A stretch of DNA of 64,000 nt from an uncultured virus (IMG/VR IMGVR_UViG_3300044731_002104). Its lineage: Duplodnaviria; Heunggongvirae; Uroviricota; Caudoviricetes. The notes below the pieces were generated by a model. That model made no database searches and was not told where the DNA came from. It saw only the letters and a list, made by a program, of their open reading frames with translations. A program made the position numbers and the translations under genes. Each line of letters begins with the position of its first letter. The first letter of the stretch is position 1. Below, piece after piece: positions 18,237-27,150 of the stretch. The stretch is from IMG/VR virus record IMGVR_UViG_3300044731_002104, one strand, 5' to 3'.

Positions 18237-18288
18237 TTTCGCTGTCAGCGAAAAAATATTTGACTTTGGCGAAAGTGTTTGGTATATT
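18237..18288 (+). promoter_or_regulatory. Retron promoter with upstream palindromic operator
   Basis: TTTCGCTG-T-CAGCGAAA 18237-18253; TTGACT 18260-18265, 17 nt, TATATT 18283-18288 with TGn extension. Confidence 0.75.
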
Positions 18289-18294
18289 TCACGC

Positions 18295-18575
18295 TGAGGC
18301 TGACAGAGATAACTGTCGATTTAGAGGAGTGCTTCGGCGCTCTGTGAGGTCGTGAGACCTCGACTACTCGCCTGGCACATCGCCGCTAGGAGTACGCCGC
18401 CACCCGGATGCTCTTGGCCTAGTGCAGCTGGTGCGAGCCTGCCCGGGACGACCCCGGGCAGGCGTTAGAGAAGTGAAGGGATATAGCCGCCGCTTGCTCT
18501 GCTTGGTTACGGACGACAGCCACGGCTCCGCGCAATCTCGTGCGGATGTCGGTTGGTGTAGCCAAGGAGAACAGT
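18295..18575 (+). ncRNA. Putative retron ncRNA (msr/msd plus translational-control leader)
   Basis: Consecutive hairpins 18302-18317, 18327-18342 (UUCG), 18346-18361 (GUGA), 18437-18463 (11-bp perfect), 18495-18573; upstream of retron RT. Confidence 0.75.
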
Positions 18576-18576
18576 C

Positions 18577-18720
18577 ATGCAAATTGACGTTCAGAAGCCT
18601 CCCAAACGGCGAGTGCTGAAGAGCCGATGGTCATGGCTGACGCATCCTGGCACGATTCGACTGGCGTTTTCGCTGGTTCGTTTAGTGTCGGAGATCGCGA
18701 AAGTCATTGACAAGTTCTGA
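18577..18720 (+). CDS. 47-aa small basic/amphipathic protein, putative retron effector (absent from ORF track)
   Basis: AAGGAG RBS 18564-18569; MQIDVQKPPKRRVLKSRWSWLTHPGTIRLAFSLVRLVSEIAKVIDKF. Confidence 0.72.
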   Translation: MQIDVQKPPKRRVLKSRWSWLTHPGTIRLAFSLVRLVSEIAKVIDKF

Positions 18721-18766
18721 GGTTCTTTGGCATCCCTTCTCTTTCAATTTAATACTGGAACAGGAA

Positions 18767-19075
18767 ATGTTGAATCGGGCACTGAGATTACTGAGGACGT
18801 ACCATCAACTCACGCAGGTTGAGTTGGCAAAGCGCCTTGGCATTTCAAATTCGTACCTGAGTGAACTTGAAAGCGGCGACAAGACCCCGCCGCTAGACCT
18901 GTTAGACAAATATTCGGACATCTTCAAGATGCCCACGTCTTCCATCTTGTTGTTCTCTGAGTCGCTGACTGGAGAGGGACGGAGGAGTGGAAAAATCCGG
19001 GTGGGTGCTGCGGAAAAGATTCTTCGCTTGCTGGAATGGCTTGAAGAGCGTGATGCAATCCAGAAGCCCGCCTAA
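18767..19075 (+). CDS. XRE/Cro-like HTH protein of retron operon
   Basis: LTQVELAKRLGISNSYLSELESGDKTP; ATG 18767. Confidence 0.88.
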   Translation: MLNRALRLLRTYHQLTQVELAKRLGISNSYLSELESGDKTPPLDLLDKYSDIFKMPTSSILLFSESLTGEGRRSGKIRVGAAEKILRLLEWLEERDAIQKPA

Positions 19076-19922
19076 ACGCTATTCACTCGAAAGGTCGCCT
19101 CTATATCGATTGCGAGGCAAGGGAAAGTTCGAATCCCTTCTTGGTGTGCAGTGGGACGCCGTGCCCAAGCTATTGGACGTCAAACACTACCGTGTTTGGA
19201 TAAATGAAAAGGGCCGAGAGATTCAAGCTCCTCATGGCTGGCTCGAGCAAGTGCATCGGCGCATTGGGAAACTACTTGCCCGGATTGAACTCCCCGACTA
19301 TGTCTATTCTCAGAAGGGGCGGTCGTACGCTGACAACGCTCGTGCTCATAAAGGGGAGACTCCGTTAATCAAGACCGACATCAGTCGTTTTTATCCCAGC
19401 GTGAACCGAAATGCTGTTCTGCGGATGTTTGTTGATGACTTTGAATGTGCGGTCGATGTGGCACAGAGGCTGGCCGACATCTGTTGCTACAGACAAATGC
19501 ATCTACCTACCGGTAGTGCCCTCAGCGGGCGAGTAGCGTACTTCGCAAAGCGTCACATGTTTGACGAAATCGCATATGCAGCCAGCAGTGTTGGCTGCAA
19601 AATGACCATTTATGTTGATGATGTAACTATCTCTGGCTTGGCTGCCACCAAGACCCTGTTGGGATCGGTGCGTCAAATTATCAGGCGCCATGGCTTACGA
19701 ACGCAGGGCCGGAAGTCCAAAACCTATGCTAGTGGTGCAGCAAAGTCCGTAACTGGGACAGTATTGGTTGGGAGCGAAGTTCGATTGCCCAATATCCGTC
19801 ACTTGAGCATGCACAACGCCCGTCAAGCGTTGCAGAACGCTTTGCCAGCTGAACAAGATCGAATGCGGCGGTCGTTGGAGGGGCGTATCCAGGAGGCCAA
19901 GCAAGTGCTAGGTGGAGCTTGA
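19053..19922 (+). CDS. Retron-type reverse transcriptase
   Basis: NARAH (NAxxH), KTDISRFYPS, LPTGSALS, YVDD, VTG; overlaps HTH 3' end. Confidence 0.92.
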   Translation: MQSRSPPKRYSLERSPLYRLRGKGKFESLLGVQWDAVPKLLDVKHYRVWINEKGREIQAPHGWLEQVHRRIGKLLARIELPDYVYSQKGRSYADNARAHKGETPLIKTDISRFYPSVNRNAVLRMFVDDFECAVDVAQRLADICCYRQMHLPTGSALSGRVAYFAKRHMFDEIAYAASSVGCKMTIYVDDVTISGLAATKTLLGSVRQIIRRHGLRTQGRKSKTYASGAAKSVTGTVLVGSEVRLPNIRHLSMHNARQALQNALPAEQDRMRRSLEGRIQEAKQVLGGA

Positions 19923-19988
19923 CTCTAAATTTCTCGATGGCCGAAGTCTGCTAAAAATACGCCGATGTCGGCATGTCAGCTGTCTCAA

Positions 19989-20630
19989 TTAGCCGCCAAA
20001 TGCGCTAGCGGCAGCTCCGATGAGCGATACTATTTTGCCAGCGGTTATATTTTCTTTGCGGAAGCGCGCGAATTTTTGTTTTAGTGTCGGGGCACCTTCA
20101 AGTATCCGTTCGGATGCGGCCTGATCTTCAATATGCTGACGCACAAGTGTATTGAATTGATCTTCAGCATGTTCCATGTTTTCGACGATAAGTTCAAAAA
20201 GCCGAACAGGGGCTATTCGGAGCACTTCAGCATTGAATGTGTACTCGGCAAAGTGCCCCTTTGACTTCAGGAAATTTTCAAGCTCTCTTTTTTCAATGGG
20301 ATCTTCTAGGGATATTTCAATTTTTTCATTCGTAACAGTAGTGTATTGATGCCCTTTAGAGAGCCGAATGATGATGTTTCCCAGAATGGCTTTGGTGTTT
20401 ATGACTTCATGTTTTAACGCGGATGCAAGCCTGAATGTCTTCACTCTCGATTCCGGAATCTTAAGTAGCGCAGAAAGTTCATAGTTTGACTTTCCTTTGT
20501 TCTCGCGCGCTTGAGTTATGTGATGGAACAAAAGTAGATCAATCTCGCGTTTCGACGGGCTACCAAATCCCGAGTCGAGATACATTGACACAATTTCAGT
20601 TGCCAACTTTTCTTTTTCGTCGCGCGTCAC
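19989..20630 (-). CDS. Hypothetical low-GC protein downstream of AbiEii
   Basis: 213-aa ORF with AAGGAG RBS and GTG start. Confidence 0.7.
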   Translation of the reverse strand: MTRDEKEKLATEIVSMYLDSGFGSPSKREIDLLLFHHITQARENKGKSNYELSALLKIPESRVKTFRLASALKHEVINTKAILGNIIIRLSKGHQYTTVTNEKIEISLEDPIEKRELENFLKSKGHFAEYTFNAEVLRIAPVRLFELIVENMEHAEDQFNTLVRQHIEDQAASERILEGAPTLKQKFARFRKENITAGKIVSLIGAAASAFGG

Positions 20631-20664
20631 AAGAGACTCCTTTTGTATGTGGCCAAGCGCTCAG

Positions 20665-21678
20665 TCATCTGTTGATGAGGCTTTCGAGTTCGGCACAAGT
20701 GCATATGATGTCTGCGAAACTGGGCTGATGCGTTGCAAGTAACCCGTCTTCCAGCATTGCCATGTAATCTTTCTCGAGTGCCTCCAAGGCGTCGCTTTTA
20801 GGAATAATCTGAATTTCAGTGCTGACGGCTGTCTTGTAGTCGATCGGCTTCTTCTCGACATCTTTTTCGGCAAAGAACATGGACTTGTGTTCAGCCACTG
20901 CATGAGCAAGTTCAAGGTCATCGATCGCGACTTGAGCATGTCCTGAGTTGGCCATTGCGGCCAGGTCATACCAGTGCCGTGAATAGCGCTCGCCGCGCAG
21001 TCGGCCCTGTTTGCAGTACACATGTGCTGCCGTCGCTTTTTCCCAGAAGGTCCGCTCGGCGGCCATCACCAAAGGCTGGGCCGTCGGGAACAGAATTCCA
21101 TTAATCACCGGTGCCATGTCGCATGTGACGGCGTGACGCTGGTGAGGCTCACCTGTGGCGCGCCCACCAAACTCCAGCTGAATAGTGGATGCCGCATAGC
21201 CAGTGCCGACCTTGATGGGTTCGTAGGCCAGGATCAGCTTTTCTTTCTCATTGCCCGCGAGTGACAGGTTGGCCTGCAGACCATCACGCGTCAGTGCCGA
21301 CAGCAGAATCGGAAGCACTTCGCCCTCAATCCACTGCGGCAATCGATCGCGAACCCGGTCTGTGATTTTTTTTGCTTGACTCGCTGAAGCAGGGATCGGA
21401 TTGCCATCGCGCAGCAGATCCGGAACCACCTCGCGGATGTCGTACGTCAGGTCAATGTCCTCTGAAAAGCGGTCAATGATCTTGTAGACCTTGGACAGCG
21501 ATGTGCCACCTTTGAAGGTCAGTTTCTCCGCAAGGGCTGATTCGTAGATGGCAGAAAGTGTCCACACCACCCAGATGTCTTTTTCCAGAAGGTGCGCAGG
21601 GCGGCCAGTCTGTGCGGCAGCCACTTCGAGTGCTTCAGCCTGGTCTTCGCGGCTGAGAGTGAACCATGAATCAGCCAA
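20665..21678 (-). CDS. abiEii: AbiEii/AbiGii nucleotidyltransferase toxin
   Basis: LEKDIWV, FKGGTSLSK, RFSEDID, ERTFWEK, SRHWYD. Confidence 0.92.
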   Translation of the reverse strand: MADSWFTLSREDQAEALEVAAAQTGRPAHLLEKDIWVVWTLSAIYESALAEKLTFKGGTSLSKVYKIIDRFSEDIDLTYDIREVVPDLLRDGNPIPASASQAKKITDRVRDRLPQWIEGEVLPILLSALTRDGLQANLSLAGNEKEKLILAYEPIKVGTGYAASTIQLEFGGRATGEPHQRHAVTCDMAPVINGILFPTAQPLVMAAERTFWEKATAAHVYCKQGRLRGERYSRHWYDLAAMANSGHAQVAIDDLELAHAVAEHKSMFFAEKDVEKKPIDYKTAVSTEIQIIPKSDALEALEKDYMAMLEDGLLATHQPSFADIICTCAELESLINR

Positions 21679-22264
21679 TGGCCACCTCGCTTACCGCCTT
21701 GGCCATCCAACTTGGCAACCCTGCTCGAGCCTGGCGCATGGCCTCCCACTCTTGGCTGGGCAGTTTGCTTCTGAGCACTTCCAAGACCATGGGCGCCTGC
21801 TCGGGCCCGAGCCAAATGAGCGCGCGAATGGCTTTTCCGGCCGGACGCTTGCCTAGCAACATTTGCCACCGATTGCCATGTTTGAGCTCGACCTCCCGAT
21901 TTCCCAGTTTCAGTCGCCTAGAAGGACCAGAAGTCAGGAAGACCTCGCGTGTGGGTACCTGTGTGGTCAACCCCAGTGCATTGGCCTCTGCAGCGCCGCT
22001 GGCCACCACAGTCTCACCGCTGGTGGACTCGATCGCTTCGACAACGGCTTCGGTCGAGGGAGGGCGCACGCCAAAGCGGCCCTGAACGGGCAGAGAGTAG
22101 GCGCCTCGACCAACCCTGAGGAGCTTCCCTTCACGTGCCAGGCGAGAGAGGGTCTGATCAATTGCCGCCCGAGAGCCTAGGTGCAGGAATTCCTTGGGCG
22201 AAAGCAGTCCTCCCTCGGGGAGGGATTGCGCTTGCGAGAGGATGGATAGGGCGAGTTGGCTCAT
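21671..22264 (-). CDS. AbiEi-like antitoxin (DUF6088 type)
   Basis: N-terminal wHTH (SRAAIDQTLSRL..EG.L.RVGRGAY), AANALGLTTQVP-like motif; overlaps toxin start. Confidence 0.85.
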   Translation of the reverse strand: MSQLALSILSQAQSLPEGGLLSPKEFLHLGSRAAIDQTLSRLAREGKLLRVGRGAYSLPVQGRFGVRPPSTEAVVEAIESTSGETVVASGAAEANALGLTTQVPTREVFLTSGPSRRLKLGNREVELKHGNRWQMLLGKRPAGKAIRALIWLGPEQAPMVLEVLRSKLPSQEWEAMRQARAGLPSWMAKAVSEVAIG

Positions 22265-22276
22265 GGCTAGGCTCTG

Positions 22277-22308
22277 TTTGTCAGAAGTTTACTTCACTTT
22301 CTGACAAA
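22277..22308. promoter_or_regulatory. Inverted repeat upstream of AbiE operon (likely autorepression operator)
   Basis: TTTGTCAGAA-N12-TTCTGACAAA. Confidence 0.65.
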
Positions 22309-22466
22309 AAGGCAAGCTAGGGGGAATTGAAGAGGAGTTGAGCGGGTCAGCCGGTGATTAAAGAACTGGAGATATCGCCAAAGTTCTTTATTCAGTTCCT
22401 TATCAGTTCTTCATTGATTTCCTGAAATAGCAGCGTTGTCCCCCAACTCTTCGAAAGGAGTTACCA

Positions 22467-22751
22467 ATGCTGCTTGCAACACCAGCCCTTGAGGCGCCAG
22501 TTTTCCTGAGCGCCGCTTCCCCCGAATCCACCATGCCCAAACAGCTGGTGCTGACCGAGGCTGATTTGGCCTCCCGATGGGCCATGAGCCCCAAAACCCT
22601 GCAGCGCTGGCGTATGACTGGCAATGGCCCGACCTATCTCAAGCTGGGCAAACGGGTGAGCTATCCGCTCAACGCCGTGATCGCCTTCGAGAACTGCGTC
22701 CAGCATGTCTCGACCTCAAAGCGCATCCCAGGGAAGGCAGGTGCGGCATGA
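22467..22751 (+). CDS. AlpA/excisionase-like HTH protein
   Basis: LTEADLASRWAMSPKTLQRWR..G.GP.YLKLGKRV.Y. Confidence 0.85.
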   Translation: MLLATPALEAPVFLSAASPESTMPKQLVLTEADLASRWAMSPKTLQRWRMTGNGPTYLKLGKRVSYPLNAVIAFENCVQHVSTSKRIPGKAGAA

Positions 22752-23233
22752 ATCACCTGCAATTGCAGCAAGCTGCACTGCCCGACCTCTCCGTGAGCCA
22801 GATCAGCCGTCTGCCCAAAGACCAGCTGGCCCATTTCAGCAACGCGGTGCAGCAGCTCCATGACTGGACGCTGCAGATGCGTGGCCGCATCAACAGGGCC
22901 ATGGAAATCCGTTACGCCGACCAGATCCGCCATGCCGGAAGCCTGGGCCAGGAGGAGGCTGCCAAGTTCCGCATTGACGACGGCGACCTGCAGATCGATG
23001 TCTCGCAGCCCAAAGAAATCGTCTGGGACCAGCAGCACCTGTCCCAGATTGCCGAACGAATGGTTGTCGCCGGTGACCGGGTGCAGGACTTCATGCAAGT
23101 CCAGTTTTCGGTAGCCGAGCAGGACTATGCCCGCTGGCATCCGCTGCTGCGCGCAGCCTTCCAACCAGCCCGCAAAGAGCTGATCACAGAACCCACCTTC
23201 CAGATCCGCTGGGTCGGTGATGTCCAGCTTTGA
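22748..23233 (+). CDS. Phage hypothetical protein
   Basis: ATGA overlap; K.I.WDQ..L motif common in such prophage early regions. Confidence 0.7.
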   Translation: MNHLQLQQAALPDLSVSQISRLPKDQLAHFSNAVQQLHDWTLQMRGRINRAMEIRYADQIRHAGSLGQEEAAKFRIDDGDLQIDVSQPKEIVWDQQHLSQIAERMVVAGDRVQDFMQVQFSVAEQDYARWHPLLRAAFQPARKELITEPTFQIRWVGDVQL

Positions 23234-23282
23234 GCACGTCGAGCCCAAATTCACCCAACAACCCAAAACAAGGAAATTTCAA

Positions 23283-23999
23283 ATGAACCACGACAGCTAC
23301 AACCAAGCCGCAAGCTATGGCCAACCCTCCAACCACAGCGCCCCGGGCGCCTGGTGTGACTTCAATGATGCCGATGCCCAGCAAGGCGAGTTCAACCTGA
23401 TTCCCAAAGGTACCCAGGCGCTGGTGCGCATGGCCATCAAGCCCGGCGGCTATGACGACGCCAGCAAGGGCTGGACGGGCGGCTATGCCACGGCATCGGA
23501 TGAAACCGGTGCAGTTTTCCTGTCCTGCGAATTCGTGCTGCTCACAGGCCCCTTTGCCAAACGCAAGATCTGGAGCAATGTTGGCTTGCACTCGAACAAG
23601 GGTCCGACCTGGGCGCAGATGGGCCGAAGCTTCATCAAGGCCGTGCTCAACAGCTCGCGCAACATCCACCCGGATGACGTCAGCCCCGAGGCTGGACGCG
23701 CTCGTCAGATCCGCAGCTTCGGTGATCTCGATGGTGCCGAATTCGCCGCCCGTATTGGCATTGAAAAAGATGGACAGGGCGAGTACCGCAACATCATCCG
23801 ACTGGTGATCGAGCCCGACCACAAGGAGTACGCAGATCTGATGCAGGCCAAGCTGCAACGTGATGGGGGCATGGGCGGGGGCTCCGGTGGTGCCCCTGCG
23901 GCTGCTTTTCCCGCATCAGCAGCGCCCGCACCCCAGTCGGGGGCCAGCTACACCCCCCGCCCGGGCAATGCTCAGGGTCGACCAGCATGGGCGCAGTGA
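23283..23999 (+). CDS. Phage SSB-like protein (DUF669-like)
   Basis: DFNDA...LIPKG..., flexible tail ending RPAWAQ. Confidence 0.65.
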   Translation: MNHDSYNQAASYGQPSNHSAPGAWCDFNDADAQQGEFNLIPKGTQALVRMAIKPGGYDDASKGWTGGYATASDETGAVFLSCEFVLLTGPFAKRKIWSNVGLHSNKGPTWAQMGRSFIKAVLNSSRNIHPDDVSPEAGRARQIRSFGDLDGAEFAARIGIEKDGQGEYRNIIRLVIEPDHKEYADLMQAKLQRDGGMGGGSGGAPAAAFPASAAPAPQSGASYTPRPGNAQGRPAWAQ

Positions 24000-24011
24000 T
24001 GGCGAGGCTGC

Positions 24012-24452
24012 ATGAAATGCTGGGTGTGCTCCCGTCAAGCCAAAGGCTTCGGCCACGTGGATCTGCGCTTCAAGGTGGGGCACCCCAAGCGGTACCCCAT
24101 CGACTGGATCTTCTGCTCACGGCGTTGCCAGGAGTGTTTTCACCGGCTGTATGCCGTTGGGATTCGCACGCTCGAGCGCGAAGGCAGCTTGCCGACCCAT
24201 GCGGATTTGGAGCCTGGCGTGATTGATCCGACCGAAGCAGAATTGGCCGCCATGGAGCAATGCCTCAAGCCGCTGGGTGAAGCCGCCGGTGAGATCGGTA
24301 TGGACCGACCGTTGTCGAGCTACACCCAGCAAGAGGCCCTGCGGCTGATCAATGCTGTGGTCACGACCTATGTCGAGGCCATGGTGCAGGAACACGAGCG
24401 CAGCAAGTACCCACCTGTTCGCATGCAACTGGACCAATCGCCCTTGCGCTGA
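24012..24452 (+). CDS. DUF6511-like zinc-finger phage protein
   Basis: CWVC...FCSRRCQ; IDPT.AE. Confidence 0.7.
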   Translation: MKCWVCSRQAKGFGHVDLRFKVGHPKRYPIDWIFCSRRCQECFHRLYAVGIRTLEREGSLPTHADLEPGVIDPTEAELAAMEQCLKPLGEAAGEIGMDRPLSSYTQQEALRLINAVVTTYVEAMVQEHERSKYPPVRMQLDQSPLR

Positions 24453-24548
24453 TTGTCCTGACTCCACCGCAGGACTCAGCGTCCTGCGGTCTCCAACTTC
24501 TACCAACCAATGCGGGTGATGCAGATCACCTGCAGGGATGAACTTTTC

Positions 24549-24839
24549 ATGAATAAACCTCAATCCTTGGCTTCGCCATTGAGCCTGCAAGCTGCAGACG
24601 ATAACGACTTCAGTGATGAACCTCTGCTCACAGCCAAGCGTGCATCGAAGGCACTGAATTTGCCGCTGTACTACTTCACCAAGACCGCCAAGCGCAAAGC
24701 TCTGGGGCTGCCGTTCTACTGCGTCAATCGGCTTGTCCGCTTCCGACTGGGTGAGTTGCATCAGTGGCAGATCGCCTATGCCCGCAAGCTGCAGGAAGAA
24801 CAAGATGCGGCGATCGAAGTGGGAGGTGCGAATGCTTGA
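24549..24839 (+). CDS. Small HTH/excisionase-like protein
   Basis: LPFYCVNRLVRFRLGEL. Confidence 0.6.
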   Translation: MNKPQSLASPLSLQAADDNDFSDEPLLTAKRASKALNLPLYYFTKTAKRKALGLPFYCVNRLVRFRLGELHQWQIAYARKLQEEQDAAIEVGGANA

Positions 24840-27150
24840 TTTCAACGATGAGCCCACATCGAAAACACGCAAAGTAACAGCGGGTGCCAACGACGCTGCA
24901 CGTGAGAAAGCAGAAATTCGATCGGCCCTGAACGATCAGCTGGCCCTGCTGGTACTGGACATCTGGCCTTCAGGCAAACGCCGCCAGGACAAATACCTGG
25001 TGGGCGATGTGATGGGTGGCACGGGCGACAGTCTGGAGCTGCTGCTCTATGGTCCAAAGGCGGGTCTGTGGACCGATCGCGCCACCAACGAAGGTGGCGA
25101 CATCTTCGATCTGATAGCCCGCTACTACAGCCTCGATGTTCAGGCCCAGTTCCCTCAGGTTCTGGACAAAGCCCGGGACTGGCTCGGCCGTGTCTCGGCT
25201 ATGCCATCCACTGCGGTGGCCGCAAGCCATAACAAGGCCCCGGTGGTCGATGAACTCGGTCCGGCCACGGCCAAATGGGACTACCAGGATGCCAACGGCA
25301 AACTCATCGCGGTGGTGTATCGCTATGACCCAGAGCCAGGCCGCAAGGAGTTCAGGCCCTGGGATGTGGCTCGCCGCAAGATGTCCCCTCCTGAGCCGCG
25401 TCCGCTGTACAACCAACCGGGCATGCTCAAGGTCGATCAGGTGGTTCTGGTCGAGGGGGAGAAGTGCGCCCAAGCCCTGCTTGAATTTGGCGTGTGCGCC
25501 ACCACGGCCATGCATGGCGCCAATGCACCTGTCGAGAAAACAGACTGGTCGCCACTCTCAGGCAAGCATGTGTTGATCTGGCCCGATCGTGACAAACCTG
25601 GTTGGCTCTACGCCGACCATGCTTCCCAAGCCATCATGAGAGCCGGTGCCAAGTCATGTGCCATCTTGCAGCCGCCTGCAGAAAAGCCCGATGGCTGGGA
25701 TGTGGCCGATGCAGTGCAAGACGGTTTTGACATTGCTGGATTTCTGGCTGTGGGCGAGAGGGTTCCTGTGGTGCATCAGATCGATGCGCATGCGCCCCTG
25801 GAGCTTGACGATGGCATCGACTACACGAACGAGGATGGGCTGGCCATGGCCTTTTCTCAGCAGTTCGCCGAGGACTGGCGCTACTGCGCCCCATGGAGCA
25901 AGTGGCTCGTGTGGAACGGGGTGCGCTGGAACATCGACAAAGCCTTGTATGTGATGCATCTGTGTCGCCTGATCTGCCGTGCAGCAGCGATGCAAGCGGA
26001 TCGCGACAAGCTCAAAGGACGCTTGGCCAGCTCTGGAACGATCTCGGCCATCGAGCGAATCGTGCGCTCAGAGCCGCGCCACAGTGCCACGGTCGAGGAG
26101 TGGGACTCCAGTATCTGGCTCCTGAACACGCCCGGCGGCATTGTGGACCTGCGCACCGGTGCCCGTGGTCCACATGACCGCGACCGACGCATGACCAAGG
26201 TGACCACAGCCACGCCGCAAGGCGATTGCCCCGTCTGGCGCAATTTCCTGGTGAATGTCACTGGCGGTGATGATGAGCTTCAAGACTACCTGCAGCGCGT
26301 GGTGGGGTATTGCTTGACGGGTGACATCAGCACCCATGCGCTCTTCTTCCTGTACGGCACAGGGGCCAATGGCAAGTCGGTGTTTGTGAACGTGATCTCC
26401 ACGGTGCTTGGCGACTATGCCGCAAACGCTCCCATGGACACCTTCATGGAATCGCGCTCTGACCGGCACCCCACCGACCTGGCTGGACTGCGTGGTGCCC
26501 GCTTTGTCTCGGCAACCGAGACGGAGCAGGGAAGGCGTTGGAACGAATCCAAGATCAAGGCGATCACGGGGGGGGACGACATCACGGCGCGCCTGATGCA
26601 CCAGGATTTCTTCACCTACAGGCCGCAGTTCAAGTTGCTCATCGCAGGCAACCACAAGCCTGCGATCCGCAACATTGATGAGGCCATGCGCCGCAGGATG
26701 CACCTGATCCCCTTCACGATCACGGTCCCTCCAGAAAAGCGTGATCCGCTCCTGACCGAGAAGCTGCTTGCCGAGCGCGACGGAATCATGGCCTGGGCGG
26801 TGCAGGGCTGCCTGCTTTGGCAAAGCCAGGGCCTGGTCCAACCCAAGTCCGTGGTGAGTGCGACCGAGGAGTACTTCGAGGCCGAGGACGCCATGGGTCG
26901 GTGGATGAGCGAGCGCTGCAACCTGGGTATCAACCACAAGGCACTTACGGCCACGCTGTTCAACGACTGGAAGCAGTGGGCCGAACTCAGTGGTGAGTAC
27001 ATAGGCACGCAGCGCCGCTTCTCGGACGCCTTGCTGGCCAGACGGTTCGAGAAGTGGCGCAACTCCATGGGGGTGCGTGGCTATCAGGGGATCGACCTCA
27101 AGCAGCCCACTTCCTTGCCTACCCGGTCCTATCCATACAACGATGATTGA
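24832..27150 (+). CDS. P4-family primase/helicase (TOPRIM + D5/SF3)
   Basis: LVEGEKCA, WPDRD, GWDVAD, GTGANGKS, D5-like C-terminus. Confidence 0.92.
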   Translation: MLDFNDEPTSKTRKVTAGANDAAREKAEIRSALNDQLALLVLDIWPSGKRRQDKYLVGDVMGGTGDSLELLLYGPKAGLWTDRATNEGGDIFDLIARYYSLDVQAQFPQVLDKARDWLGRVSAMPSTAVAASHNKAPVVDELGPATAKWDYQDANGKLIAVVYRYDPEPGRKEFRPWDVARRKMSPPEPRPLYNQPGMLKVDQVVLVEGEKCAQALLEFGVCATTAMHGANAPVEKTDWSPLSGKHVLIWPDRDKPGWLYADHASQAIMRAGAKSCAILQPPAEKPDGWDVADAVQDGFDIAGFLAVGERVPVVHQIDAHAPLELDDGIDYTNEDGLAMAFSQQFAEDWRYCAPWSKWLVWNGVRWNIDKALYVMHLCRLICRAAAMQADRDKLKGRLASSGTISAIERIVRSEPRHSATVEEWDSSIWLLNTPGGIVDLRTGARGPHDRDRRMTKVTTATPQGDCPVWRNFLVNVTGGDDELQDYLQRVVGYCLTGDISTHALFFLYGTGANGKSVFVNVISTVLGDYAANAPMDTFMESRSDRHPTDLAGLRGARFVSATETEQGRRWNESKIKAITGGDDITARLMHQDFFTYRPQFKLLIAGNHKPAIRNIDEAMRRRMHLIPFTITVPPEKRDPLLTEKLLAERDGIMAWAVQGCLLWQSQGLVQPKSVVSATEEYFEAEDAMGRWMSERCNLGINHKALTATLFNDWKQWAELSGEYIGTQRRFSDALLARRFEKWRNSMGVRGYQGIDLKQPTSLPTRSYPYNDD

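Noticed and set aside
18364..18619. ORF-track ORFs 18364-18582(-) and 18422-18619(+)
   Set aside because: No RBS or protein-like features; region better explained as structured retron RNA plus the 47-aa ORF in another frame.
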